From positions 24,180,001 to 24,244,000 of the forward strand of contig OZ249446.1 of NCBI GenBank assembly GCA_965235115.1: a stretch of 64,000 nt of DNA, written 5' to 3'. This document shows, piece after piece, positions 21,906 through 34,380 of this stretch. Positions within the stretch are counted from its first letter, which is position 1; each line of letters starts with the position of its first letter. Both the position numbers and the translations under genes were made by a program. Source of the DNA: Laetmonice hystrix. Lineage: Eukaryota. Under the pieces are notes generated by a model. That model saw only the letters and a program-made list of their open reading frames with translations, did not search any database and was not told the DNA's origin.

Positions 21906-21978
21906 CGCCCGATGAGGGACTCGAACCCGCGACCCTCAGATTAAAAGTCTGATGCTCTACCGACTGAGCTAACCGGGC
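21906..21978 (-). tRNA. trnK-UUU: tRNA-Lys, anticodon UUU
   Basis: Minus strand GCCCGGTTAGCTCAGTCGGTAGAGCATCAGACTTTTAATCTGAGGGTCGCGGGTTCGAGTCCCTCATCGGGCG: full cloverleaf, A and B boxes, T6 Pol III terminator just downstream. Confidence 0.96.
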
Positions 21979-22891
21979 TCATACCAAAATATCCTACAAA
22001 TAAGCGGGTCATTCAAAGCACGCACGGAATGTCAGAAACGCTGTCGTCTCTCAATGTTTATTGTCCTAATGAAATCATACGAACACTCTTACTCTACACG
22101 AATCGATGACACAGGTCATTTTTATTTTAATACTCAAAGGGAGCCGACTCATTCGCTCCCCGCATGCTATAGTATAGGGAGGAGCGGCCTACAACCGTCC
22201 CACTAAATAGACTGGGGTAGGCCCTATGGACTGCTATGCCGATATTATATGAATTTACAGCCGTGACCGGATACGATGAACCCGGAGGGAACTTCCGACA
22301 TTAATGGCGGTCGGTCAGGCTCAAATGTTGGCCGTGTTAGGTATAATATCTCAGGCATTCATATTCTCCTTGGTGGCAATTATTTCCTCAAACATCAAAG
22401 CTATGGTAACAATCTCATGGGAGGCAATTAAATTAATTAGGGTCTAACAATGGTGAATAAAACAATGCGCATAATTACATCTAGACCTGTATAGACAGGG
22501 GCTCAGCGGAAAATGTAGGTCTATATCTTAATTAGGCCTGCTCTGAGTTGTGCTGTCATTAATTAGAGAGCAGACAGCTCGTTTTAGGCCCGAAAATGTC
22601 AGAAACCACAAAATGTCGATTACGATAACGTACAACAGGTGACTTAGGTGGGGGAAATTTAATGACCTCCGACATTATATTTTGTACTCCTATAGGCCTA
22701 TAAACGTAAGCCAGCAAAACGAATCACCCGGGCATAAAGGATCACGCGGTATTATTGCTGGTATTTAATAAAACATGTTTGATGGCGTCTGAAGATGCTG
22801 CAACTGTGGAACAATGTCATTTGATCGAACCGAAATGAACTGTCAACAGATACACACAAAACTAGGTTTTATGTTCTATATAATAATCTGT

Positions 22892-24858
22892 CTTTTAGGG
22901 AAATGCGGGTAATTCCGCCAGAGGTCAGTGTGGAGCCATCGATCGTTCCTGCGCCCACCACCAGATGGCAGCATATATTCGCAGGCCTTCCTGTATTGCA
23001 CCACCACACGATGACCTGTGAGTGATCATTTCTATCAGGGAACTGATTGGAAAATGTACCGATTAAACTTTCTAGATTGAAATATCGATATTCATTCTTG
23101 ACCACATTATTTTCGAGGTAAAACAATACGTTTACAGCTCTAGTTGTTTTTATTATTTCATTTTCCCACTGAACATAATATGTAAAGATCTAATTAATGT
23201 TTTCCTGTCACCATTGCCTCTCCCCTGGTAGAATTGTCCAATAGTCTGATATAAATGCCTGACTCCGGTCTGTATTTCCCGGGTGAGCCGCGGACCAGCG
23301 GGTTTAGCTATGAGACATAAGCATTGCTTACGCCCAATCCAAACCAGGCCCTGTGTTAGCGGGGTTTGTTGGGCACCTTCTGCTCTAACTCGATACTCAC
23401 TCTTTTTCTTTATTTAAATAAAAACAGATCATGAAATAAAATGCGACCCCTATTTTAGACCTTAAAGCCGTTTCTAACTTTACAATAGGCCAGTATTCCT
23501 TTGCAGTGTTCAAAATAAGAAAAAATAATTAGGTTGCCCAGTGGGGCAACCTACAGGACAAATCAGGTTGCCCGCCAAAATTTCTGCTTGCCCTGAGAAA
23601 TGCCACAATTGTTTTTACACAAAGAACAAAATCCTAGGCCTTTTAAAGTTGCAATGCTATTAAGTTAACCAAATCCTCATATTATTTAACAACCTCCTGC
23701 AGACTCTTGCATTTTCATTTTTGGTGTGCATTGATCCAGCTAGTGCTACTGGATACCCTGACACATGCGTGACATGGTGTAGAAGATCTCTGGTGGCAAT
23801 AAGCACTTGGAGTTTGCTATGATTATCAGTTGCCCGCCAGGGCAATCTCATGACCACTACAAATTGCCCGTGTTGATTTTTGGTTGCCAAATCGCCCGGG
23901 CAAGCTCTTATCGTGAACGCTGCGTAGAATTTTGCCGAGTTAGTTATTTGATGCGCCCTTAGATTTTGAAAATTGGGAGGGGTGCTGGCCTACGCCCCCG
24001 TTCCCCAGTTCCGAAATTGATAGATCTATTTTCTTGACTCACCGTGACGCGATTTGCCAATGACGGTTTGTTAGTTTCTTAGTGAAGACTTCAGCGGCAG
24101 GACTGGCAAACACTGTCCTCCTAAATTATTACCAAAATCGCAAGTTCAAGAGATTCTGACAGCGTTGTGAACAGAAAACAGCCCAAATAAACTGTCAAGA
24201 AACAAGCACACAAGATAATAGGTTTCATGTTTGATACGGTGGAGAGAGTCTGTGTTTTAGGGAATGTGGGTATAATTCCGCCAGAGGTCAGTGTGAAGCC
24301 ATCGTTCCTGCGCCCCCCACTAGATGGCAGCATATATTCGCAGGCCTTCCTGTATTGCACCACCACACGATGACCTGTGAGTGATCATTTCTATCAGGGG
24401 ACTGACTGGAAAATGTACCGATCAACCTTTCTAGATTGAAATATCGATATTCATTCTTGACCACAGTATTTTCGAGGTAAAACAATACATTTACAGCTCT
24501 AGTTGTTTTTATTATTTCATTTCCCCACTGAACATAATATGTAAAGATCTAATTAATGTTTTTCCTGTCACCATTGCCTCTCCCCTGGTAGAATTGTCCA
24601 ATAGTCTGATATAAATGCCTGACTCCGGTCTGTATTTCCCGGGTGAGCCGCGGACCAGCGGGTTTAGCTATGAGACATAAGCATTGCTTACGCCCAATCC
24701 AAAACGGGCCCTGCGTTAGTAGGGTTTGATGGGCACCTTCTGGTCTAACTCGATACTCACTCTTTTTTTTTTAATAAAAACAGATCATGAAATAAAATGC
24801 GACCCCTATTTTAGACCGTAAAGCCGTTTCTAACTTTACAATAGGCCAGTATTCCTTA
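22892..24858. repeat. About 600-bp direct duplication (22892-23501 vs 24254-24858)
   Basis: Near-identical text from ttttagggaa...aattccgccagaggtcagtg to ataggccagtattcctt; offset about 1359 nt. Confidence 0.95.
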
Positions 24859-24863
24859 CTTAA

Positions 24864-25640
24864 AGGAGAAGTCCAGTCAAAAATCACATTTGGACAGCTG
24901 CAAGGCCTCTATATACTCACCTTTCAGAGTAGTGGTTGGAAATAAATGTCCCCCTATCCCAATAAGTCATATGTTGAACATGACAACCGTGTCAAAATCA
25001 CTGGCTTCAGCAGCGCAGCCATTTGTTGCTATTGGGCTGGCCGGAAGTGACGTTCCAGGGCTAATCTATTGCATGCCGGGGCTAGGCTATACTAGGCTAA
25101 AGGCAGCCGAGGCGGGTGGCAAATCGACGGGGGTCAGTCCCACAGTCACAGTCACAGTCCCAACTAAACGCAGCAGGTCTGTGCTGACCATGTTGACACT
25201 GCCATTGCCCGCGGTCGTATAGTCAGAGTGGGGCCGGGCCTCAGGGGCCATGAGCTCCGTCAACATCACACGAGTCCGAGTGGGACGAATTGAATGCAGG
25301 CGGCCGAAACCCACGGCTGCCCAGATCCGTGTCCACCCTGATATATCCCCTGACATCGGTAGGCTTAATTCCTAGCCATTCCTCATCACTATCGATGGTT
25401 TTCGTCTATGTTCTAGCAAATTTTGCTTATAAGCTGTCAACGTTCGCTGCCTTCCGAATCGATCAACGCAACAGGTGCATCAGTTTTTAGTTCCTTCCAA
25501 ACTGGAGAGCAGTTGTGCTGCGCATGCTCGCCTAGGGCGATCATGCGCAGTTTGAGATTAGCCCAAGGAGCAGACGATAATGGCGGCCTTCACCAGCTGA
25601 GCAGGTTCTCGGCAGCCTCCGGCACTAAAATGCTTATATC
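24864..25640. mobile_element. Probable truncated Kolobok-like element left end
   Basis: TTAA|AGGAGAAGTCCAGTC start, exactly where the 600-bp duplication stops; no matching right end found. Confidence 0.35.
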
Positions 25641-25644
25641 TTAA

Positions 25645-26135
25645 AGGGGCATGCTATGGAACACGTTTTGGAGGATTTCCGGCAATTATCCAACATGACC
25701 GTGTACTAGGGATCCAAGTAAATAATCCTACCACAGCATTTTGTCCTCCGACGTGTTTTCGCTGCGCAAACGCATAGATAGCCCCCCGATAGCACATCTC
25801 CCGCCATAATTTGGTAGACAACCTCCCATCAACCCGTGTAATTGCATACTGCGTCACATCCTGCGTGTGCACTCTCTGCATGTGCTTAGTCACGTGCTTC
25901 GCTTAGTTGTAAACAATTCAGCAGTTGCACTCGATCGTCTGGCGTCAGAATGCCACCCAAAAAATATTTGACGAAATCGGCAGAGCGGCGGGCAAGGGAG
26001 CTTCATATACTCCGATTTCTCATGCAAAATGAAACTGATAAGTTTACCAAGCAATTTTAATGAAGGATATCTTTATGAAAACAGCAAAAGTTCTTTGAAA
26101 TACTGTTTTTTTACGTTTCCTCATAATATGTCCCT
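25645..26135. mobile_element. Kolobok-like non-autonomous DNA transposon
   Basis: TTAA on both flanks; imperfect TIR aggggcatgctatg vs agggacatattatg (11/14). Confidence 0.7.
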
Positions 26136-27595
26136 TTAACTATTTGAGCACCAATTGTGTTCAAATATTTTTTAACTTGCTTAGAATATCACAGCCTGTG
26201 TGCCTGGCCTGTACAGACTGGCGATGACCGTTTCTTTTAAGTTAGAATTTTGACGAATTAGTTATTTGATGCGCCCTTAGATTTTGAACATTAGGAGGGG
26301 TGCTGGCCTACGCCCCGTTCCCCGGTTCCGACATCGATATATATATTTTCTTGACTCACCGTGACGCCATTTGCCAATGACGGTTTGCAACATCGCAAAT
26401 TCAAGAGATTTTGGCAGCATTGTGAACCGAAAATGAAGTCGGCATACACCTTACCAAAGTCATACTGCACTCAATCAGGCACTGTTAGACTACTCTTTGA
26501 TACTTCGTTCGGATTTAAACCTTGATAAACATTTTCACCTGTATTTCGAGTTGTTGTTTTTGTTGGCATGTAGCCTACCTCGGTATAGCGGTCCTATTTA
26601 CCATAGACCTGAAGTATTTACTCGCCTGTAGATTTACTGTTTGTCCTACTTTATACGATCTTTATAGTCATTTTGGCCTCTGCTACGTGAATCACCTGTC
26701 TCATAATATCATGGAAGGACGTAATTATAACGAATATAGGCCTGGGACATGAGCTGTCGATCTGTTGACCTGAGGAAAATATTAGATCCGACAGCAGGTT
26801 CGTAGCCTGCTGGTGTGTGTGTCGGGGGGGGGCTGCCCCCTGGAATTTCCAGTTAAAAATATTATTATGGGGCCTGGACCCCTAACATTGACACTTGAAT
26901 TGACACCTGGTATTTGCTCAGGAGGCCCTGCCCCCTGCGTATTTGGACCAGACCTGACCCTGGACTGACAGACTGACTGGGGACTCACATGACGGCGGTG
27001 TGTGCATCCAACTGTGTCATATTTCCCACCCAGTCGGGCGCCTCTAGGGCGCATCGGTCTTGTATCATGTGATGTGGGCACGAGACGACATAATAATGGC
27101 AGCCCAGAGAAGATGTGAGTTTGCTGGGATTCAGTCCTGTTTTCAGCCGTGAGTATAGGCTTATTGCTGCTATTAAACCGTTCTTTTATAGACCTATTGC
27201 TGAAAAATACACAATTCGGTGGCTGTGTTCCTGGGAGTTAGAAAGTCGGAGGTATTGCATTACTAACGTCATCATTCTATACAACTCACAATTTGCTAAA
27301 GATCCCTCCTACACACTGACATATTTGTAAATAAAAGGGAATTCCACTCAATCACCAAGGAAGGTGAGCAGTAACTAAGCTTTTCAGTCATTGTTACATG
27401 TGTGCAATCATCCGTGTAGAAGTGATCATTTTGACACTGACACTGACACTGCAGCCTGGATCCTGTCCCATGCATGCTCTCTGGGGTTGAGGTGAGATCC
27501 AAAAACGGGGGTGACCAGTGGCGGCACCACGGGGGGCATGTTCCCTCTCCCCGAGGCATAATGCTTACCCCCTGCTGCCCCCCCCCCCCCCCCCC

Positions 27596-27646
<51 letters not shown>

Positions 27647-28153
27647 AGAGAGACAAAGAGAGAGACACACATAGAGACAGACACATTGTAGGGAGAGAGA
27701 GAAAGAGAGAGGGAGAGAGGGAGAGAGAGGGGCGGTTTGCCAATCAATATTTTGTTATAGGTCTGTTTAGTGATGTGCGAGACAAAGTCAATGGTATAGG
27801 CCTACTTGTAAACCTATCAGGACATGGTAAAGTTTGTGTTGTTCCTCACACACTGACTCGATCTATTTATAGATAACATACGCGCTCACCGTAAACCTTT
27901 GACCCTTCCACTGGATTTTACTAAAACAGGGACACGCCAAACTGAGCGAGTGACTGGCTACAAACAGGATTGAGTTTGAATGAGCTCTTCAAACCTCGAT
28001 TAACTTGGTGCCTTGCCCAGGAAGAATTCTCAGAAGATTCCGAGTGACCACGTCTCTCATGAACAGTCATGCCCCAAATCTTCTCGTTTTAACTTTGGCC
28101 GCCAGGTGGGGTAGCGCATCGTTATTTCAGAAACGGATAGCACGTCATTCGTC

Positions 28154-31100
28154 ATGACTCGCAGTTTACGATTAAGTTCTGGCAGCATTGGCGAGCGATC
28201 TCCTCTGCTGGGCAGCACTTACGAACAGTACAGCAAGAGTTCAGATGAAATTACTGGAAGGCAGCGACATGTCACGCAAACGTCGGTGGTGTCGATTCGC
28301 ATGGGCAAACACATCAACCTGCTCCACGCCATTGGTATGATGGTGGGCAGTATCGCAGGCACGGGCATTTTCATCAGTCCCACTGGGGTCACGGAAAAGG
28401 TAGGCCAGCAATTATTTATTTCCAAGTCGGGGACGGATCCAGGTGTGCGCCAAGGGGTTGGTGGGATTGAGGGGGGGGGGGGGGCGCAGGTGCCAAGGGA
28501 TGGGGGGGGGGGGGCTATGCTTGGTTTTAACCTTTCGAGGAGAAAAATGTGTTATCTTGCACTTGTTGCATGCTTTGAAAGCTAACTCTGCATAAAAGTT
28601 TTTTTTTTTTGGTATAACAAGTAATTTTAGCGAGGTACCTATTTAATTAACGAATTGAGCAATTTGCCATTTTCTCTAACAATAGTTGCCGCAAAATCTT
28701 AACCATAAAGCCTTCTACACTAGCAGATGTACACATTCTCAAATCGCTAAAATTTGTACCCGCTAAATAGTCCATATTGAAAATTCGCAAAATTTTATAC
28801 CCGCTAAATAAAACTGTTAAACAGTAGACTACAAATTGGTCACATAGATTGGTAGGGTACAACTCGCACTGAGTTTAATGGTCGTGTCTGAGAGAAATTA
28901 CCTAGGCGACCCAGATACTCGTAATTTGAAACGCCCTAGTTTTAATGTTTTAATACAGGTGGCGTTCACGGTCTAGTTTTTCTCTGAGTATAATATTATG
29001 AGAAGGAAATGATATCAATAATAGTACTGATACACGATATTATAATGTTATTATGTTTACAGGTTGGTTCGGTAGGTTCTACGCTGGTCGTGTGGACACT
29101 GACAGGCCTGTTCAACCTTCTCCTAGCCCTATGTTACGCCGAACTCGGCACAGCGCTCCCCCTAGCGGGGGGAGACTACGCCTACATTGACTATGCCCTC
29201 GGCCGACTGCCTGCGTTCCTCTGTCTCTGGCTCATGGTCGTTCTGATTGGGCCGTGTGTGATTGCCTTGTCGGCACGAACAGTGGCAGCCTATCTGACAG
29301 CACTCCTCGGACTGGAATGCCAAGTGACTTTGGCGTTATTGGTGTCCTTCATCGTCATAGGTAAGGCCCCACAAAACGTTGGTTTCTTGTCCTTGCTTAT
29401 AATAAAAACCCGCGGAATGTTTTTAAGAACGTGGAGAACTACGGCTTAGGCAATAGATCTACTCCACCACACCCCAAAGAAACATTGCAACGGTCTGCTG
29501 CAACGCTACTTTGCCCACCACAACATTAAAGGGAGGGCAAAGGTAGGTCTATAAGCCTGTCCCAAAACAAAACAAAAATTAAAATAAATAAATAAACAAC
29601 CAACGATTAATTGATGCCCTGAGATTAGTAGACACGTGCGGTGACGAGAAACAACCCCCTTTTTGGTCCTAAATGAACGACGTAACGCTATCTCCGATGA
29701 CCTGTAGAATCAAGACGTTGGACAGGGCGGGACAGGTGTTGACATGCCTGTCTTTAACACCTTAATGTAAACTTAGACTTTATACCGGCGATGTGTCCCT
29801 ACTTTAGCACTGATTTATTAACGTTTTTCAAACTAAGATTAGAATTTATCACCTATATCATTATGGGACGTCAAAGAAGAGCTCGTAAAAAACAGGTGGT
29901 TTTGTTTTTCTGTTTTCTTATAATATAATACAATGTATATGATTTGTTTATGACGCTAAGTCAGTTTCTTATCAGTGTTGTCAGAGTTTGTGGTTTCCTA
30001 ATCGTTATCTCTGACTGAAGCTCGCGTCAGACTTTCTTCACTATATAAATGGAGTGTTTGTATACGAGCGGTCTTTTTGAAGTACCACCTCCAATGGAGA
30101 CATTCAAGTACCTATATACATGTATAGCGATAATAAATAACCATTTTTTCAAGATTACTATAGTGGCACTCCCTGGACATGTTTAATGTTTACAAATATT
30201 GTTGCAGACATGTCCAGAAGTGTTTTCGGCAAAACCTGGCGAAAATATGGATGTAGTTTATGGGACTACCGATTATAATGAATGATGAAATAAGAGAGGC
30301 CAATGCGATTTTGTCCCATTCAAATCTCATGACTATCCCCATCCCAAACACCATATCATCTTAAAAGAAAATCGTAATTTGTATCATATTTATTTGTTGA
30401 TTTATTTATTTCTATATTGGGGAGGGGGGGGGGGCAAAATAAATTAACTTCTTCCTAACTGAATGACCACTGAATAGCCTCCATATGAGTTTGCACTTTT
30501 TACGAAAGTTTCTAGATTCCCGATATATTTTTGTTAATAGAAACCAGCATGAAGTCGGTTTGATCCATACAATATTTACCAAACTAACCGAGCTTCCTGC
30601 TGTTTCCGCCAGGGGTCGCGGCGGTGATTAATTGCTCCAGTGTCAAGTGGTCTGTGCGGTTTATCACGATCTTCTCTCTCGGCAAGGTGCTTGCTATGAC
30701 CGTCATAATCATCACGGGGATAGTGAGGGTCGCGCAAGGTGAGCCCAGGGCCTGTTTCAAAACAACCGATGATGCTTCTTTGCAATTAGATCTACTTCAT
30801 AATACCTGCGATCGGATCCGTGCATTTATTGGAAAATTTACTAAAAACATGTAGGGGTATGTTCTTCTGTGTAATGTGAAACGTTTAATGTTCCCGCTCG
30901 GCAGGCTATACCGCCTACCTGGACCGACCGTTCGAGGGAAGCGTCACTTCTCCAGGCCCTCTTATTGTGTCATTCTTACCAGCGTTTGTCACCTTTGCAG
31001 GATGGTAAGTATATGGCGCGAGCCGGGGCTGGGTGGGTAGTGTAGGATGGAAAGCGTGCAATATGATCTTTAAGCCTCACAAATCTGGGTTCGAAGCTCC

Positions 31101-34100
31101 TCCCTGCTTTCTGTTGAACATTCGTTAATTACTTGCTGAATGCAAGGTCGGAGGTTTTCCCCGGGTATTCTGGTTCCCCTACCTCTCATGTTGACGACCT
31201 TACCTTTGTTCTTGGCGAGGCGTGAAACCAAATTCGCATTTCACACGGATTAACCGTCATAATTGTCTAGTGAATCCACATTTGCCCGGCTCATTTTAAG
31301 AAACAGCTAACATGAACGAATACCATGCTTATTCCGTACGTTAAGTCATATTAAAGTAAATACTGAATGGTAAATGTAGACATTGTGATGTCTTGTATTG
31401 GTGTATGTTTGCAGGGAATGTGTTTGTGCCCTGGCTGAGGAGATGAAAAATCCTCAGAGGTAAGGCAATGTTTCTAAAAATACATTGGCTGAAGAAGTGC
31501 CCGTCTCTTAGCTTTCTTAGGTTTTCTTACTTCGCTTCAAAATTCATGTGCATCTGTGTATCGCGATGATATCGTTGTGTTTTTGAATGCGGTTCGTTAC
31601 CACATGGCGTCTCACCACTGGGTTCGATGAATCCCTCTCTAGCTAAATACGAGAAGATTTCTCAGTTCCCTGCATGTTTTGGTGTTGTTTTCGCTGACCT
31701 CCCAGAGATCTCCCGATCGCCACAGTCGTGTCAGTGTTACTGGTTGTTGCCGTGTATCTCCTGATGAATGTCGCTTACTTCACGGCTCTCTCTCCCACCG
31801 AGTTCGTCGCCTCAGACGCTGTCGCTACGGTGAGTGCAGAATGTTTAGAAAATCCGGTGATGTTCCAATTTGGTGTGTGTGAGGTGGATAAAATAAGATA
31901 TTCTCAGTGTGGGTAAAACAAATGTCATTAGTGTATGGGTAAAACAAACGATACCAGTGTATGGGTAGAACAAATGTCATCAGTGTATGGGTAAAACAAA
32001 CAAATGATACCAGTGTATGGGTAGAACAAATGTCATCAGTCTATGGTAAAACAGAATGATCTCAGATATAGGTAAAGCAAAGTGACGTCCGTGTGTTGGT
32101 CAAGCCAAGTGATATTTTTGCGTCACGCATACATTGACCGTTGGTTTTAATCTCGCTCTCTGTCTCGCTGCCTCTCTGTCTCTCTATTTCTCTCCCCCCT
32201 CTCTCTCTCCCCCTCTCCCCCTCCCCTCTCTCTGTCTCTCTATTTCTCTCCCCCCTCTCTCTCTCCCCCTCTCTCCCTCCCCTCTCAGTAATTGCCTTGT
32301 AGTTGTCCGATGATTACGGTAATACATAAACCGTTAACCATTCAGTAATTGCCTTGTAGTTGTTCGCCGAGCGGACTATGCCTGAGGTTTCGTTCCTCAT
32401 TCCATTGTTTGTTATTGTCTCGGCCATCGGCTCGGCTCTCAACCTCTTCCTCTGCTGCCCCAGGTACGTATATCACGCCAAGAAAGTTTCAAAGGCATGT
32501 ATCAAACCTACCTGACTCTTGTATTACCACTCCTTCATATTTCAAGTTTGCGTCCGATGTCAAGGCAGGTAGTGTGGTTGGATCCATGAGGAAGGTCACG
32601 CCACACACCTCTCCGCCTTGTTGTTGAGGTCGGAGGATGCAAAATAATTTACGTCATTTTGAGGTTTTTCTGTATAAAATAAATCTACAATGGTACGTTT
32701 CTAGATCGTTTCTAGATGCAACACCTCGAAAGTAGCTCCTATTGTATCTTTTGCGCGAAAGTGTGTCGCCTAATCCTTGATTAATTGTATAGGAAAATCT
32801 AAATTCTATTGCCATACCTGCAGGATTCTGTGGATGTCTTTCAGATGGGCCTTTGCCGGCGGGCGGGACCAGGCCATGCCGCGGGTTCTGGCCTTTGTTC
32901 ACATCAAGAGTTTTATCCCCATTCCATCCATCATACTCACGGTAAGTAGAGTTGGGGGGGGGGGGGGCGGGGGTCGGGGGGGAGGCCCCCCTTTCTGATG
33001 TTAACATGTAGGTTTATATTGATCTTGAATAGCAGTGTCTTGATATTAATAAAATAATTGATATTAATGAAATATTCTTATGCTCTATGCGTATGCTTAT
33101 GATATTACTGCCGTATTTATATTACAACATGTAAATTGTTAATATATTGCGTGATTTAATTTCAGGGATAATAAAGGTCTACCTTAAAGAAAGGAATATT
33201 CTTTTCCAGGGCGGTCATCACAAATTCAACTTTATGGTTGTTTGATGATGGTGTTCTTTTTTTTTGTTTTGTTGTGCCAGATTTGCACAGCTTATAAGTT
33301 AAATCTTGGTTAACTTTCAGCTTGCAGTAACAGCGTTTTTCTGCGCTGCAATATTTTTCGATATTCAAGACATGCTAAACATTACAAGCATCATCACACA
33401 GATCAAAATGATATTGGCGTTACTGGCGCTACTAGTTCTCAAATACCGAGAACCTGACAAATCCAGCACAATAACGGTAGGATATTCATAGATTTCTCTC
33501 TCATTCCAGTATAACTGCATTCATGGTTAATATCTGTGTAGGTTAACATCCCTTTGCCATCAATATGTATACGTTGACAAAGACAGTACTATACTGCAGA
33601 TCGGGAAACACTTTAAGAGGTTATAGCTGTTAAGACAGAAACTAACCATAGGTTTGAACCTACAACCCCCAAGTCGGTGGATTTATCCATGCAATGTTAT
33701 AGCACAAACCTCATCGGATTATTTCTTCTTGTTTGCCCCTTTTTTGTCCCCCACGATCCTATCCATCGTCCAGCTGGTACGCGAATTCAACTTTATCGGT
33801 GGATTTTTCTTTCCCTTTTCCCGAAGATTCCGTGTTTTCTCGTCGTGTTTTCCCTGGCGGTGCTTACTGTCGTTACCGTTATACCTCTGTGGGAGTCACC
33901 GTTTGTAGCCGCCACAGCTTTCGTTGTTTTCATGTGTGGGTTCCCACTTTATTATATCAAGGAACATATGTCAAAATATAACTGCACTAACAACTTTATG
34001 GGTAAGTTTGACCGTCTTTACATTCTTTATCAGAAGATGTTCTATTTTGGTATTTTTCTTCCGTAAATGTTATTTTATATCATACAAAAATAATCAAACA

Positions 34101-34121
34101 AAACTCCAAAAACAACTCCAA

Positions 34122-34160
<39 letters not shown>

Positions 34161-34380
34161 CGAACCACACCATTTGGTTAGCACTATCAATTTGTTAATT
34201 ATATCTGTTTGAAATTATGACTGTGTATAGATCCTAAAAAATATAGGTGTACACTGACTTGAATGAAATGGTTTCCCCCTTGTCCTCATAACCAACATTT
34301 GTTTTTCGTCAGACACCGTGACTTGTTTCATACAAAGGCTGCTGCTGGTGCTGCCACCTTCTTCAAACAAAGGGGCGTGA
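28154..34380 (+). CDS. SLC7: SLC7-family L-type amino acid transporter light chain (LAT/b0,+AT-like), about 512 aa, 11 exons
   Basis: Exons 28154-28399, 29063-29360, 30613-30738, 30905-31004, 31415-31459, 31706-31829, 32360-32463, 32845-32941, 33321-33476, 33827-34001, 34313-34380 (TGA); 1539 nt in frame. Motifs GSIAGTGIFISPTGV, LCYAELGTALPLAGGDYAYI, INCSSVKW, GW...EEMKNPQRDLP, NVAYFTALSP, RWAFAGGRD, FIQRLLLV. Orthology to a specific SLC7A member is not assignable. Confidence 0.93.
31017..31240 (+). mobile_element. tRNA-derived SINE (degenerate) in SLC7 intron 4
   Basis: B-box gggttcgaagc at 31087; SINE-core-like ggttttccccgggtattctggttcccct; tail ggcgtgaaaccaaat. Confidence 0.55.
31905..32110 (+). 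repeat. About 26-nt minisatellite in SLC7 intron 6
   Basis: Repeated cagtgtatgggta(a/g)aacaaatg(tcat/atac). Confidence 0.9.

Larger units (their letters stand above)
23926..26430. repeat. Second duplicated segment (23926-24175 vs 26244-26430) containing a strong minus-strand donor ACG|GTGAGT
   Basis: agaattttg.cga.ttagttatttgatgcgccc...ttgactcaccgtgacgc.atttgccaatgacggtttg in both copies; the 24071-24132 segment is absent from the second copy. Confidence 0.9.

Noticed and set aside
27296-27747. Signal-peptide-like LSLSLS ORFs
   Set aside because: (GA)n/(CT)n microsatellite translation.
33654-33826. Hydrophobic ORF extensions upstream of SLC7 exon 10
   Set aside because: Family alignment is complete using the 33826 acceptor; the hydrophobicity reflects T-rich intron sequence.
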